Notes under the pieces: generated by a model | The model's database searches: none | Seen by the model: only the letters and a program-made list of their open reading frames with translations | Told to the model about the DNA's origin: nothing | Translations under genes and position numbers: made by a program | Part shown: in pieces, positions 11,638 to 23,032 of the stretch | Layout of the letters: every line of letters begins with the position of its first letter | Position numbering within the stretch: the stretch's first letter is position 1 | NCBI RefSeq assembly: GCF_004010195.1 | Contig: NC_057726.1 | Coordinates: forward strand, 68,917,155 to 68,978,406 | DNA length: 61,252 nucleotides | Source of the DNA: Chiloscyllium plagiosum | Lineage: Eukaryota | Direction: 5' to 3'

Positions 11638-12772
11638 ACGGCAGCAGACACATGGCAATATGACCACCTACAACTTCCCTACCAAACCTTTCACCATCCC
11701 GATTTTGAAATGTATCACCATTCCCATAATAGTGTCACTGGGTCAAAATTCTGAAACTCCTTTCTTTGCAACATTACTGGTGCAGGTATACCTCCGTGGG
11801 TTGCCGTGGTTCAAGAAGACAGCTTACTACCATCTTCGCAAGGGCAATTGGAAATAGGAAATAGAATATTGAATCGATAGAAACGCCAACATTGCATGTA
11901 CACTTTTCCTTGAAAAAAGTTAGCTATTTGGCGTCTTTTGAGGGGCGGGGTGGAGCAAACAAAGGAATTCTTGAATTTAGGATGCGATTTTTTTATTGCA
12001 GTTTTTAACAGATGCGGGTGGAGGTTGGATTCATCTCAAATGCAAACGTATCTTCGGACAGATGGGTAGAGGGTCAAATTCCAAGCTCAATAATCAAAAC
12101 GAGATAAAAAAAAAAAGAATGGGAGTGAAAAATAAATTGGATTAAGCTTGTATTTGTGATAGTGTCACGCTAGTGATAGAAACTGAACGCCCCGTTTTTA
12201 TCTATCTTCAATCGTCGTTCATTGCGACCAAAATACAAAGACACGACCAGTCCTGGACTTGAGATTGAGGCTTTTGATGAGACCAGTTATAATTAAATGC
12301 AAACTGTGGATTGAGAATGTCTGGTGGATCCATTAAGTAGATTCTGGATTCCTGGTATCCAATTGAACCAGTGATTGTTCAATGAACAATAAACTGAGGG
12401 TGTTTGGTGGAACTGGTGATTATTTAGTATGGACACTGACTAACTGTGACCACTGTTTATTCAATACAGATTCTGAGCTGCGTGTGCAGAGCACGTGCCT
12501 CGTCCAACATTTTGTCTGTTTTGTGCAGGGATTTGTCCACTCCATTTATCTCCACTTTCTATCTGAATAAAAAAGAAGGAGCTGTTTAACAAGCAAACAT
12601 CGATTTCAAGTTTCAGAATTGGAACTTTATTTGTTCACATGAATAGGGTGATTCGAAAAACATTCCCTCCAAAATTCAGAAGACGTCTATGCCTTTTGAC
12701 AGGCTGTTTTGTCTTCTGTCCAACCCACGCACAACTTCCGATATTGATTTATTGAATGTTATTGTGTTCCAG

Positions 12773-13054
12773 TGCCGCCAACCCCGCTGAAGATAACCCG
12801 CCAGTACTCGCCCTTCCTCGCTCTCCTCTGCACAACAGCTGGCTTCTTCCCGGGGCAGCTTGAACTCATGTGGTATAAAAATTTCTCCGAAATCACGTCT
12901 GGCATCAACATCAGGAAAATCCTGAACGAAGAGGGTTTATTTCAAGTTTCCAGCGAGCTCAGTCTTCCGGAGAGGGAGTCAGTCTATACCTGCCAGGTTT
13001 CTCACGTCGCACTCAGCGTCCCGGCAAACATCAGCGACAAAATTCCGAATCACG
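12773..13054 (+). CDS. Gene B Ig C1-set domain exon (inverted paralog of 931-1212)
   Basis: 282 nt, ttccag| and G|gtaagg, open frame VPPTPLKITRQYSPFLALLCTTAGFFPG...YTCQVSHVALSVPANISDKIPNH; 18 differences from the gene A C1 exon. Confidence 0.92.
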
Positions 13055-13192
13055 GTAAGGGTCACCGGTGTTCCATTTTTGATATACAGAGGACCCTAAC
13101 ATCTGTCATCATTATTAAAATACAAGGGTCCAATCCGTTCCCGGATGGTTGGCGCTTCAGCCAAAGTTAAATACAGATTTGAAGTGTTATGA

Positions 13193-13324
13193 TTCCTGTT
13201 GAAGAGCTTTTGCCCGAAACGTCGATTTTCCTGCTCCTCGGATGCTGCCTGACCTGCTGTGCTTTTCCTGCACCACTCTAATCGAGACTCTGGTTTTCAG
13301 CGTCTGCAGTCCTTGTTTTTACCC
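13193..13324 (+). mobile_element. Short Penelope-like-element (PLE) terminal-repeat insertion
   Basis: ...gcccgaaacgtcgattttcctgctcctcggatgctgcctgacctgctgtgc... flanked by the 10-bp direct repeat agtgttatga (13183-13192, 13325-13334). Absent from the paralogous gene A intron. Confidence 0.75.
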
Positions 13325-14828
13325 AGTGTTATGAAGCCGTCAGTTCAAAATTGACCACAGACAGCAACCGGCCTGCATTGCATCTGCACTGTGTCCGGGA
13401 ACCAGCATATCTATGGCCAGTTTCCTCGTCTGATGCGAGGAATCATCCACAAAACTGATGCTAAACACTTTCTTGCTCTCGCGCTCAGTCTGTCTTTCTC
13501 TCTCTCTTTCTCTCTCTCCAATTCACTCTTGGTCTTATTGGAAAAATCAAAATTATTCTTTCTCTCTATATTCACCTCCCACTTTCTTGTCCTCCTTATC
13601 TCCGTCACCGTAATGCGTCCAACATCTGGCGCCACTCGCTCTCCATTCACTTCCTGGTGATTCCGTGTTTACTGCCTTGGTACGCACCTCAGTTGGTCTG
13701 GTCGCTCATTTCTGTTTTTGAAGGCCGTAGGATCAATTCCCCTTTCGATCCCACCCATAATGGTTTGACCCCGCAGTGCCGAGGCAGTATTGCACAGTTG
13801 AAGGTGATGTCTTTCTGGGGCTAAAGTGGGTACTGTAGATGCTGGAGATTAGAGACAAGATTAAAGTGGTGCTGGAAATACACAGCAGATCAGGCAGCAT
13901 CCGAGGAGGAGGAAAATCTGCTTGAACCGATTGTCCCTTCACACAGGAGCAAAAGATCCAGCACGCCATTTTGCAGAACAGCAAGTAAGCCCTGCGTGAA
14001 TACTTATCCCCCGAAATCCACATCACAGAATCAGATGGTCTGATCACTATCACATTGGCCTTTCAAAAACAGTGTTCATAATGGATGCTACAATACATAT
14101 GTTACAACAGCGACTCTACTGCAAAGAAATAGAAATGGATAACAAATGCTACCTCAGCCACCGATACCCACATCCCATGAGCCAATAGTAAAAACCGATG
14201 CATTCATCCAGTCTTTTGGCACAAATTCCTTCGGCAAGATTCCACTTGGCAGACTTGTTAGTAAAATTAGATCACATGGGATTCAGGGAGAGCTGGACAA
14301 TTGGATACAAAATTGGTTTGACGGGAGGAGACAGGGTGGTGGTAGAAAGTTGCTTTTTGGACTCGAGTCTTGTGACCAGTGGTGTCCCGCATGGATCAGG
14401 GCTGCGTCCAGTGCTTGTTATTTATCTAAATGGTTGGGATAAGAATATAGGAAGCATGGTTAATAAATGATGGGCACAGGGTCAATTCTTCGGCCTGCTT
14501 GAATGACGTGTGGAACGAGGAAGAGATCTTTACACCTGGTAAATACACACTAATTCGCGGAGGGAAAACAAACAATGCTTTATATTCATTAAGTCAAATA
14601 CGGTCATTAATCTGAACACGTGCTGGTGCTTTCGAAATGGATAGGCGCATTTTTGGTTCAATTAGTTGGTCGATACAGGGACAACGGAGCCTCGCGTTCG
14701 GTGATAAGCAGCAGGAATGTGGCAGAGACGGGTTTAATGTAAGTGTAGTCTGTTACCTGGAGTTGTCGAATACGTTGTATCATCTGCTTTTAAAAATGCT
14801 AACATTCCACTTTCTCTGTCCCCTATAG

Positions 14829-14942
14829 GTAACCAAGACCGTACTTTCTCTTACGCCTTAGTCTTTGGTTGTGCTGCAGGCGGGATTATGATTTTAGTTC
14901 TGGGAATTGTCTTAAAGGGGTGCAAATCAGACAGAACAACTG
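14829..14942 (+). CDS. Gene B transmembrane exon, copy 1 (uncharged TM): GNQDRTFSYALVFGCAAGGIMILVLGIVLKGCKSDRTT
   Basis: 114 nt, ccctatag| acceptor, G|gtgaga donor, phase 1/1 matching C1. Hydrophobic span followed by basic residues. Confidence 0.85.
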
Positions 14943-15212
14943 GTGAGATGTGAACTTTTCCTGATTCTGTCCTGGGCTTTCACCTCTTGTTACATTTCAC
15001 TGCTGCAGTAGGAGAGACAGGGGACGGGCAGTCTGGAATGAAATTTTCAAGAGCAGTGCGCATAATGTGCCGCTCATCTCATACAGAGAAACAGCAGAAT
15101 ATTAGCGTTCGGCGAGCCTGCTCACTTTGTTTCAATGGTGGTTAATTTCTTGCGGACATGTGGTACATTGTGAAAATGATCATGTGTGTAATGCCATTCG
15201 ATTCTCTGACAG

Positions 15213-15256
15213 GCAACGCGATTGCTGAGGACATGAACAGCCAATTTGAGGAACAG
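15213..15256 (+). CDS. Gene B first cytoplasmic exon, copy 1: GNAIAEDMNSQFEEQ
   Basis: 44 nt, tctctgacag| acceptor, CAG|gtcagt donor, phase 1/0. Confidence 0.7.
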
Positions 15257-16667
15257 GTCAGTTTCTATTTATGACAATGAGAACGAAACTGTGAGTGGGA
15301 CACTTTCTTGCTCTCGCGCTCAGCCTGTCTTTCTCACTCTCTTTCTCTCTCTCCAATTCACTCTTGGTCTTATTGGAAAAATCAAAGTTATTCTTTCTCT
15401 CTATATTCACCTCCCACTTTCTTGTCCTCCTTATCTCCGTCACCGTAATGCGTCCAACATCTGGCGCCACTCGCTCTCCATTCACTTCCTGGGGATTCCG
15501 TGGTTACTGCCTTGGTACGCACCTCAGTTGGTCTGGTCGCTCATTTCTGTTTTTGAAGGCCGTAGGATCAATTCCCCTTCCGATCCCACGCACAATGGTT
15601 TGACAGAGCCCCGCAGTGCCGAGGCAGAATTGCTGAGTTGAAGGTCCGGTCTTTCTGGGGCTAAAGTGGGTACTATAGATGCTGGAGATTAGAGTCAAGA
15701 TTAAAGTGGTGCTGGAAATACACAGCAGGTCAGGCAGCATCCGAGGAGGAGGAAAATCTGCTTGAACCAATTGTCCCTTCACGCAGGAGCAAAAGATCCA
15801 GCACGCCATTTTGCAGAACAGCAAGTAAGCCCTGCGTGAATACTTCTCCCCCGAAATCCAGATCACAGAATCAGATGGTCTGATCACTATCACATTGGAC
15901 TTTCAAAAACAGTGTTCATAATGGATGCTACAATACATCTGTTACAACAGCGACTCTACTGCAAAGAAATAGAAATAGACAACAAATGCTGCCTCAGCCA
16001 CCGATACCCACATCCCATGAGCCAATAGTAAAAACCGATGCATTCATCCAATCTTTTGGCACATGTTCCTTCGGCAAGATTCCGCTTGGTAGATTTGTTA
16101 GTAAAATTAGATCACGTGGGATTCAGGGAGAGCTGGACAATTGGATACAAAATTGATTTGACGGGGGGAGTCAGGGTGGTGGTAGAAAGTTGATTTTCGG
16201 ACTCGAGTCTTGTGACCAGTGGTGTCCCACATGGATCAGGGTTGGGTCCAGTGCTTGTTATTTATCTAAATGATTAGGATAAGAATATAGGAAGCATGGT
16301 TAGTAAATAATGGGCACAGGGTCAATTCTTTAGCCTGCTTGAATGACGTGTGGAACGAGGAAGAGATCTTTACACCTGGTAAATACGCGCTAATTGGCAG
16401 AGGGATTATAAACAATGCTGTATATTCATTAAGTCAAATACGGTCATTAATCTGAATACATGCTGGTGTTTTTGAAATGGATAGGCGCTTTGTGGTTCAA
16501 TTAGTTGGTCGGTACAGGAACAACGGAGCCCTACGTTCGGTGATAAGCAGCAGGAATGTGGCAGAGACGGATTTAATGTAAGTGTAGTCTGTTACCTGGA
16601 GTTGTCGAATACGTTGTATCATCTGCTTTTAAAAATGCTAACATTCCACTTTCTCTGTCCCCTATAG

Positions 16668-16781
16668 GTAACCAAGACCGCACTTTCTCCTACGCCTTAG
16701 TCTTTGGTTGTGCTGCAGGCGGGATTATGATTTTAGTTCTGGGAATTGTCTTCAAGAGGTGCAAATTAGACAGAACAACTG
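16668..16781 (+). CDS. Gene B transmembrane exon, copy 2: GNQDRTFSYALVFGCAAGGIMILVLGIVFKRCKLDRTT
   Basis: Same splice sites as copy 1, 5 substitutions. Confidence 0.85.
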
Positions 16782-17051
16782 GTGAGATGTGATTTTTTCC
16801 TGATTCTGTACTGGGCTTTCACCTCTTGTTACATTTCACTGCTGCAGTAGGAGAGAAAGGGGACGGGCAGTCTGGAATGAAATTTTCAAGAGCAGTGCGC
16901 ATAATGTGCAGCTCATCTCATACAGAGAAACAGCAGAATATTAGCGTTCGGCGAGCCTGCTCACTTTGTTTCAATGGTGGTTAATTTCTTGCGGACATGT
17001 GGTACATTGTGAAAATGATCATGTGTGTAATGCCATTTGATTCTCTGACAG

Positions 17052-17095
17052 GCAACGCGATTGCTGAGGACATGAACAGCCAATTTGAGGAACAG
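17052..17095 (+). CDS. Gene B first cytoplasmic exon, copy 2
   Basis: Identical to 15213-15256; its phase-0 end fits the next exon. Confidence 0.72.
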
Positions 17096-17784
17096 GTCAG
17101 TTTCTATTTATGACAATGAGAACGAAACTGTGAGTGGGATGTTGTCTACATACGGGTAATTTATATCCATACTCCAGGAATCTCAGACGTACTCCTTCGA
17201 CCGCGCGCATATCGAGTTCACGGTGTCCCCAGTGCATCACTGTAATATGAACACGAGACAGTGATTCATTGGGACAATGATGTCGAGTCCAGTCGAGACG
17301 GCAGTTCTCTAAGACAGTTTTAAATGTTTGCGTTTTGTTCGGATCAGTTGGCCTGCTCTTCAGTCAGGAGCAGAGGCACAGCTCGATTTGTGATTGCCCA
17401 TTATTCCCATCCCCAAATCTCTGACCGTGTTTGTGAGAGTTGACTGCCCTGGGCGGGATTCCGACCTGCTCCTGGCTTTAGACTCCGAGCAAAGATAGGG
17501 ATAATCTGAAAACAGCAAACTCAGAACTTACGCTACCTATTCAGCATTGCGTGCGCCAGTTCGAGTCCAAACGGTCAGAATAATTTATCTTAACTTCGGT
17601 TGTGAATGAATGTTCCAATGAACGGGTGGGAAGCAAGAGCTGCAGTCCTTACCATGGCTGCATCATCGGTGTTATTTACAACTCTAACCTGCACGAACTG
17701 ACCACAACCAATCTGTTATGCTATTGACTGCAACATTTTTTTTAAACTTGGTGGCTAATATTTCTGCAAAACAATATTTCTCAG

Positions 17785-17907
17785 ATCAATCGGGACAGAG
17801 AAGCAGTGAGTCCGATTTATGCTGCTCTCCACTTCAGCGGAGAGATGAAACCTGCAAAACTGCGAACGGAGCAAGAGAGCTTCGTGTATGCGCAGGTACT
17901 GTCATGA
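17785..17907 (+). CDS. Gene B cytoplasmic exon with two tyrosine motifs: INRDREAVSPIYAALHFSGEMKPAKLRTEQESFVYAQVLS*
   Basis: tttctcag| acceptor, phase 0 continuing from cyt1, TGA at 17905-17907. ITIM-like IYAAL and VYAQV. Paralog at 22641. Confidence 0.8.
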   Translation: MNRDREAVSPIYAALHFSGEMKPAKLRTEQESFVYAQVLS

Positions 17908-17967
17908 AAATTAACCATCGGTTTTTCAATAGGGACCGCTCTAACACACGTCTGACCTCAGTCATGT

Positions 17968-18489
17968 ATGATTTGGAGATGCCGGTGTTGGACTGGTGTG
18001 TACAAAGTTAAAAATTGCACAACCCCAAGGTTATAGTCCAACAAGTTTAATTGGAAGCACTAGCTTTCGGAGCGCCGCTCCTTCATCAGGTGGTTGTGGA
18101 GTACACAATTGTAAGGCACAGAATTTATAACAAAAGTTTACAGTGTGATGTAACTGAAATTACACATTGCAAAATACTTTGATTGTTAAGTCTGTCATCT
18201 TTTAGCATGACATTGTTTCGTTACTTTCATATGCAAATCACAAAACTTTGTTTTAAAGTTACATTCTCATGTTAACTTTAACAATTAGTGTCAGCCCAGA
18301 TTGGTGTTTCAGTTACAACTGATTGGTGATTCCTGAAGAAGTTGCTTGTGCCCGAAACGTCGATTCTCCTTTTCCCTGGATGCTGCCTGACCTGCTGCGC
18401 TGTTCCAGCAACACATTTTCAGCTCTGATCTCCACCATCTGCAGACCTCACTTTCTCCCCGTTTCAGTTACATCACACTGTAAACTTTT
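17968..18489. mobile_element. PLE-derived interspersed repeats (two families) with hammerhead-like cores
   Basis: atgatttggagatgccggtgttggactgg family (also at ~59872) with minus-strand ctgatgaaggagcggcgctccgaaagc, and cctgaagaag...cccgaaacgtcg at ~18332. Confidence 0.65.
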
Positions 18490-19131
18490 NNNNNNNNNNN
18501 NNNNNNNNNNNNNNNNNNNNNNNNNNNNNNNNNNNNNNNNNNNNNNNNNNNNNNNNNNNNNNNNNNNNNNNNNNNNNNNNNNNNNNNNNNNNNNNNNNNN
18601 NNNNNNNNNNNNNNNNNNNNNNNNNNNNNNNNNNNNNNNNNNNNNNNNNNNNNNNNNNNNNNNNNNNNNNNNNNNNNNNNNNNNNNNNNNNNNNNNNNNN
18701 NNNNNNNNNNNNNNNNNNNNNNNNNNNNNNNNNNNNNNNNNNNNNNNNNNNNNNNNNNNNNNNNNNNNNNNNNNNNNNNNNNNNNNNNNNNNNNNNNNNN
18801 NNNNNNNNNNNNNNNNNNNNNNNNNNNNNNNNNNNNNNNNNNNNNNNNNNNNNNNNNNNNNNNNNNNNNNNNNNNNNNNNNNNNNNNNNNNNNNNNNNNN
18901 NNNNNNNNNNNNNNNNNNNNNNNNNNNNNNNNNNNNNNNNNNNNNNNNNNNNNNNNNNNNNNNNNNNNNNNNNNNNNNNNNNNNNNNNNNNNNNNNNNNN
19001 NNNNNNNNNNNNNNNNNNNNNNNNNNNNNNNNNNNNNNNNNNNNNNNNNNNNNNNNNNNNNNNNNNNNNNNNNNNNNNNNNNNNNNNNNNNNNNNNNNNN
19101 NNNNNNNNNNNNNNNNNNNNNNNNNNNNNNN
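18490..19131. other. Assembly gap (642 N)
   Basis: Run of N; hides the acceptor of the following exon. Confidence 1.
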
Positions 19132-19235
19132 ATCTCACCGCTTCCGAGGAAACTGCAGGAAAACCGAAGGAAAAGCAGGCGGAGTATGCAGAGGTCAAAA
19201 TAAACCAGGGAAGCGGAAACTCCTGGATTCCATGA
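19132..19235 (+). CDS. Gene B second tyrosine-motif terminal exon, 3' part: ..NLTASEETAGKPKEKQAEYAEVKINQGSGNSWIP*
   Basis: Open frame to TGA 19233-19235 with AEYAEV. Colinear with the complete paralogous exon 22882-23032. 5' end lies in the gap. Confidence 0.7.
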
Positions 19236-19464
19236 ACTCCAATAATGTTCAGTGATATTACAGTTGCAGAAGAGTTGCTTTCGTTTTGTCTATTTGAAAA
19301 CGACAACAAACTAGTGGTGATGGGTTGATTGTGAATGATACTTTAATCGATGGTGAATTCTAACTGCTGAACCTTTGTTTATTCTTGAAATTCTTCTATT
19401 CCTGTAAAAGCAATGGAATAAATCCATATTGTCATTGTGATAAATGGGACTGAAGAAAATATTG

Positions 19465-19727
19465 AATCATTGAATCCCGACTGTGTGAAAGCAGGCCATT
19501 CGGTCCATAGAGTCCACACTGACCCTCCGAAATGCATCCCACCCAATCCCTGTAAACCTGCTTTTCCCATTGCCAATCCACCTTGCCTGCACAGGAGGAA
19601 ATCGGAGCACGGGGCGGAAACCTACGCAGACATGGGGAGAATGTGCAAACTCCACACAGATAATAACTGAGGGTGAAATCCAACCTTGATTCTTGGCGTT
19701 GTGAGCCCGCAGTGTTCCCCCTTGCTT
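19465..19727 (-). mobile_element. V-SINE, diverged
   Basis: Reverse-strand V-domain (ggggagaatgtgcaaactccacacaga). Confidence 0.8.
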
Positions 19728-21152
19728 AGTCAAATTGTAGTCAAAACTAAAAATCCAAGACACAAGATTATAGTCCAACATGTTTATTTGAAAGTACAAG
19801 CCTTCGGAGCACTGTTCCTTGTTGGACTCTAATCGAGTGTCGTGTGATTTTCAATTTTGTACACCTCTGTCCAACACCGGCATATTCACATTAAAATATA
19901 GTGAATCGGACTAGTTAATTATGAGATACTATTGCTGAGCAATCTATGTTAATGTCTACATAGAAACTGAACAGGTCGAGGCCACACTTGATGTTCTGGA
20001 CGAATTTCCACGATCCTGCCCTACTTCACAAAACCCAATGCAATAGTCTTCTACTAATGTCTCCCTCATGAACTTGTCCAGGTTCCTCTAAATCCATTCC
20101 CAAGTCCATTCATTCTTTGTGACGGCGAATATCACATTCTAAACCTTTCCTGGGTGCTTTATTTCCTCCAAACCTTTTTTTTCTCATTAGCGACTTTTTT
20201 TGTTTCCAACTTCTATTTCCCACACCGCCCATAAATGCAAATATCTCCTTTAAGCCAACTCAATTAATACATTTTTACAAACGTAATACAATCTATTAAA
20301 AGGACTAAGAACAGAGTAGGTCATTCATTATAACCTTTTGACGATAATTATCTCAGACACTCTCCTTATAAGTCATGATTACCTGAATGCCCATAAAAGA
20401 ATGCATGTCTGTCTTGAATAGACAAAATAACGTTTCTTTCACTTTTAATGATAGCCAGACGTCTTAGATAATTTATAAACAAACAAAGATACTTCGCAGG
20501 ATGGTGGATATAGCAATATAGGAGCAACTCCCATGGTGAACTATACACATTCCTGTTAGGTTGAGGAGTCCAAAGATCTACAACACCTTGAGGGAAGGAA
20601 CTTCTCCTCATCTCGATCAGTCCCTTTTTGAGAATAAGTGTTTTTGTCCTTAACTAAGAACAATAACTTCCTACATTAACTTCACAAAGGTCATGATTTG
20701 ATTATATTTACATCTTCCAATGAGATGGCGTCTGGTTAATGTTATTTAATACTCTTATGAAGTAAACCTTGCTGCACAGAAGAATTCTCTGAAACCACGC
20801 GTGAATCTAAAAAACATTTGGTGTATGGTTTTCAAAATAAAGGTATGCTTTCTTAAGTAAAGAAATCAAAATTGAAACCTATACATTTCTGAGATGGGCA
20901 CATCAATCTCCCCTGATGATATTATATCATTACCCAAGATTCCGAGCAGGAGTCTCAATCCTTCTTCATCGTTTGTTCAACATATAGATCATCAAGGAAT
21001 GAAAAAATAAATGTGTGAGACAACTTATCTTGGAATCTATAACGTAGATTAGTGAGCCACTGCAACCAAATGGCACTGGTAACCAATGCTACCGTGTTAA
21101 AGGGTTTTCAGGTAAGCTTGGGTAAACGTTAGCCAGGCGTGACCTGAATGAT

Positions 21153-21478
21153 TAAAACAACATAGGTTTCCTGTAGTGAGGAAACAGATCATTTGGCTCA
21201 ACAAGTCCACGCCGATCCTCGAAAGAGTATCCTATCCAGACCCATGACCTTACATTTCCCCGAATAATGCACCAAGTACTACACATCCAAGCACACCATG
21301 GGTAATTTAACCTAGCCAATTCACCTAACCTGCACATCTTTGGACTGTGGAAGGTAACCCACACAGACGCAGGGAGAATGTGCAAACTTCACACAGATAG
21401 TCACCCGAGGCTAGAATCGAACCAGAGTTCCTGACGCTATAAAGCAGCTGTGCTAACCACTGAGCTCCTGTGCAGCCA
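21153..21478 (-). mobile_element. V-SINE, diverged
   Basis: Reverse-strand tRNA head and V-domain (gggagaatgtgcaaacttcacacaga...gctaaccactgagc). Confidence 0.85.
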
Positions 21479-22640
21479 CCAGGGCAATGATAGAGAACAT
21501 TCCGAAAGGCAGTCAAATCGTGTGAACATGATTAACAAGACAGGGAATAATTTCAGGCTGCGGCGGAAGTTGTATGCAGGTCACTAGATATTATAAAGTG
21601 ATGTTTTCTCTGAAACAACCAACAGTGCGACAAGATCATCATCCCAGCTTTTGTGCATAGATCAGAGCAGTGGTTTTCACGGGAAGTTTAATGTTCGCAT
21701 AGCTTAGGATAAGCAGACAGATGTATTAGCAGAAGGTAATGAGCAGCATCAGTTGTTAGTTTTAATAAAGCTGGTGAATTTAAATTCAACGTTTTGCTTG
21801 CATTCCTTCAGCCTTTGCACTGAGCGTTAACGCTGTTCAAAAATGTCTTAATGGCAAGTCATGGCGCTAGTAACTATGCTGCTGCATTCGTGTTGGTAGG
21901 AAATAGGTTCAATTTACATCACAACTGATACTGAAACTGAAGTTAAATATGCATTTCAAATAGAAAGGCTGCTGTAGTGGTGGTATTCTAACCGCTGTTG
22001 ACTGTCTTAAATAAAATAAAAAATTGTGTTCACTAATATACTCTGAGAAAGTAACTCTGCCATCCTGCTTTGATCTATTTCCTCTTCAATCCCAGTTTCC
22101 AGTCTGCATTTGTCATTGTTTTTTTCTCCTATCTTTACCTGAGAGGCAGCAGTGCGAACCCCTGAGCCACCGTGCTGCCCTCTGGGACACAGTTTTGAGT
22201 GTTTGCGTGTTGTCAATGGTAGTCAACCACAAGCACAGGCGCAGCTCGATTCTGTGCTTCTGTAATATTCTCATCCTCAAATCTCTGAGCGAACTCTGAG
22301 TGTTGGCTGGCGCTACTTCTGAGGGAGATTCCGACCCCCTCCTAATGCCACACTGTCAGTTGAAAGTTGCGTCATCTGAAACAAGGAAACGCAGAACATG
22401 CCTTAACTAGCGCATGCGCCTGCTCGAATTCCAATCGCCCAGGATAATTTTGGTGAATTTGGGTAGTAAATGAATATTTCCGTGAACGGGTCGGAATAAG
22501 AGCTGCTGTGCTTGCCACTGGTGATCACACAGCCCTGATATGCTCTTTCTGATCACCCCCCAACATGTAATACTATTGTGTTTAAAGTACATTTTTTCAA
22601 ACTTCACCCATGGCGAAAGTTTCTGCAAACTTCTGCCGAG

Positions 22641-22758
22641 ATCAAACGCGACAGAGGCAGTGAATTCGATTTATGCTGCTCTCAACTTCAGCGAACCGAG
22701 AAAAACCGGGAAACCGTTAATGGAAGAAGAGAGAGTTGTCTCTGCAATTGAAAATTAA
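22641..22758 (+). pseudogene. Relic C: degenerate first ITIM exon (..EAVNSIYAALNFSEPRK..)
   Basis: Homologous to 17785-17907. Weak ccgag acceptor, 2-nt deletion relative to gene B, second Tyr codon is TCT. No upstream V/C1/TM exons. Confidence 0.75.
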
Positions 22759-22881
22759 CAGTCGGTTCCAACCCGGACCAGTCTAACATAAATCCGATCT
22801 CAGTAATGTACACCGACAACCTGAATGGCTTTATTAAACAGAGTAAGAAGACTTCCTCATATTTCATTGTTTCTCACGCAG

Positions 22882-23032
22882 GCAAAGCACCCGGACAGTT
22901 GGTGAACTGACGTATGCCTCTTTGAATCTCACCACTTTCGAGCAAAGGGCAAGACGAAAACAGTGGAAGGAGCAGGCGGAGTATGCAGAAGTCAAGATGT
23001 GCAAGGGAAGCGGAAACCCCTGGATTCCATGA
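22882..23032 (+). pseudogene. Relic C: second ITIM exon QSTRTVGELTYASLNLTTFEQRARRKQWKEQAEYAEVKMCKGSGNPWIP*
   Basis: ttgtttctcacgcag| acceptor; canonical ITIM LTYASL plus AEYAEV; homologous to 19132-19235. Confidence 0.75.

Larger units (their letters stand above)
13465..17139 (+). repeat. Tandem duplication of ~1.84 kb containing the TM and cyt1 exons of gene B
   Basis: 13465-15300 and 15300-17139 are colinear with offset ~1839 and scattered substitutions. Confidence 0.95.

Noticed and set aside
11003-11857. Long ORFs in the track spanning N runs (also 18323-19309, 26606-27215)
   Set aside because: Artefacts of translating assembly gaps.
13391-13660. Hydrophobic ORF (LALALSLSFSLSF...) as a TM exon; also 15295-15603
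   Set aside because: Product of a CT-rich low-complexity intronic tract with no fitting splice sites.
21070-21116. ATG...CAG|gtaagc (MALVTNATVLKGFQ) as a leader exon
   Set aside because: Phase 0, not signal-peptide-like, ATG absent in the paralogous block, and true leaders were found 193-197 bp from the V exons.
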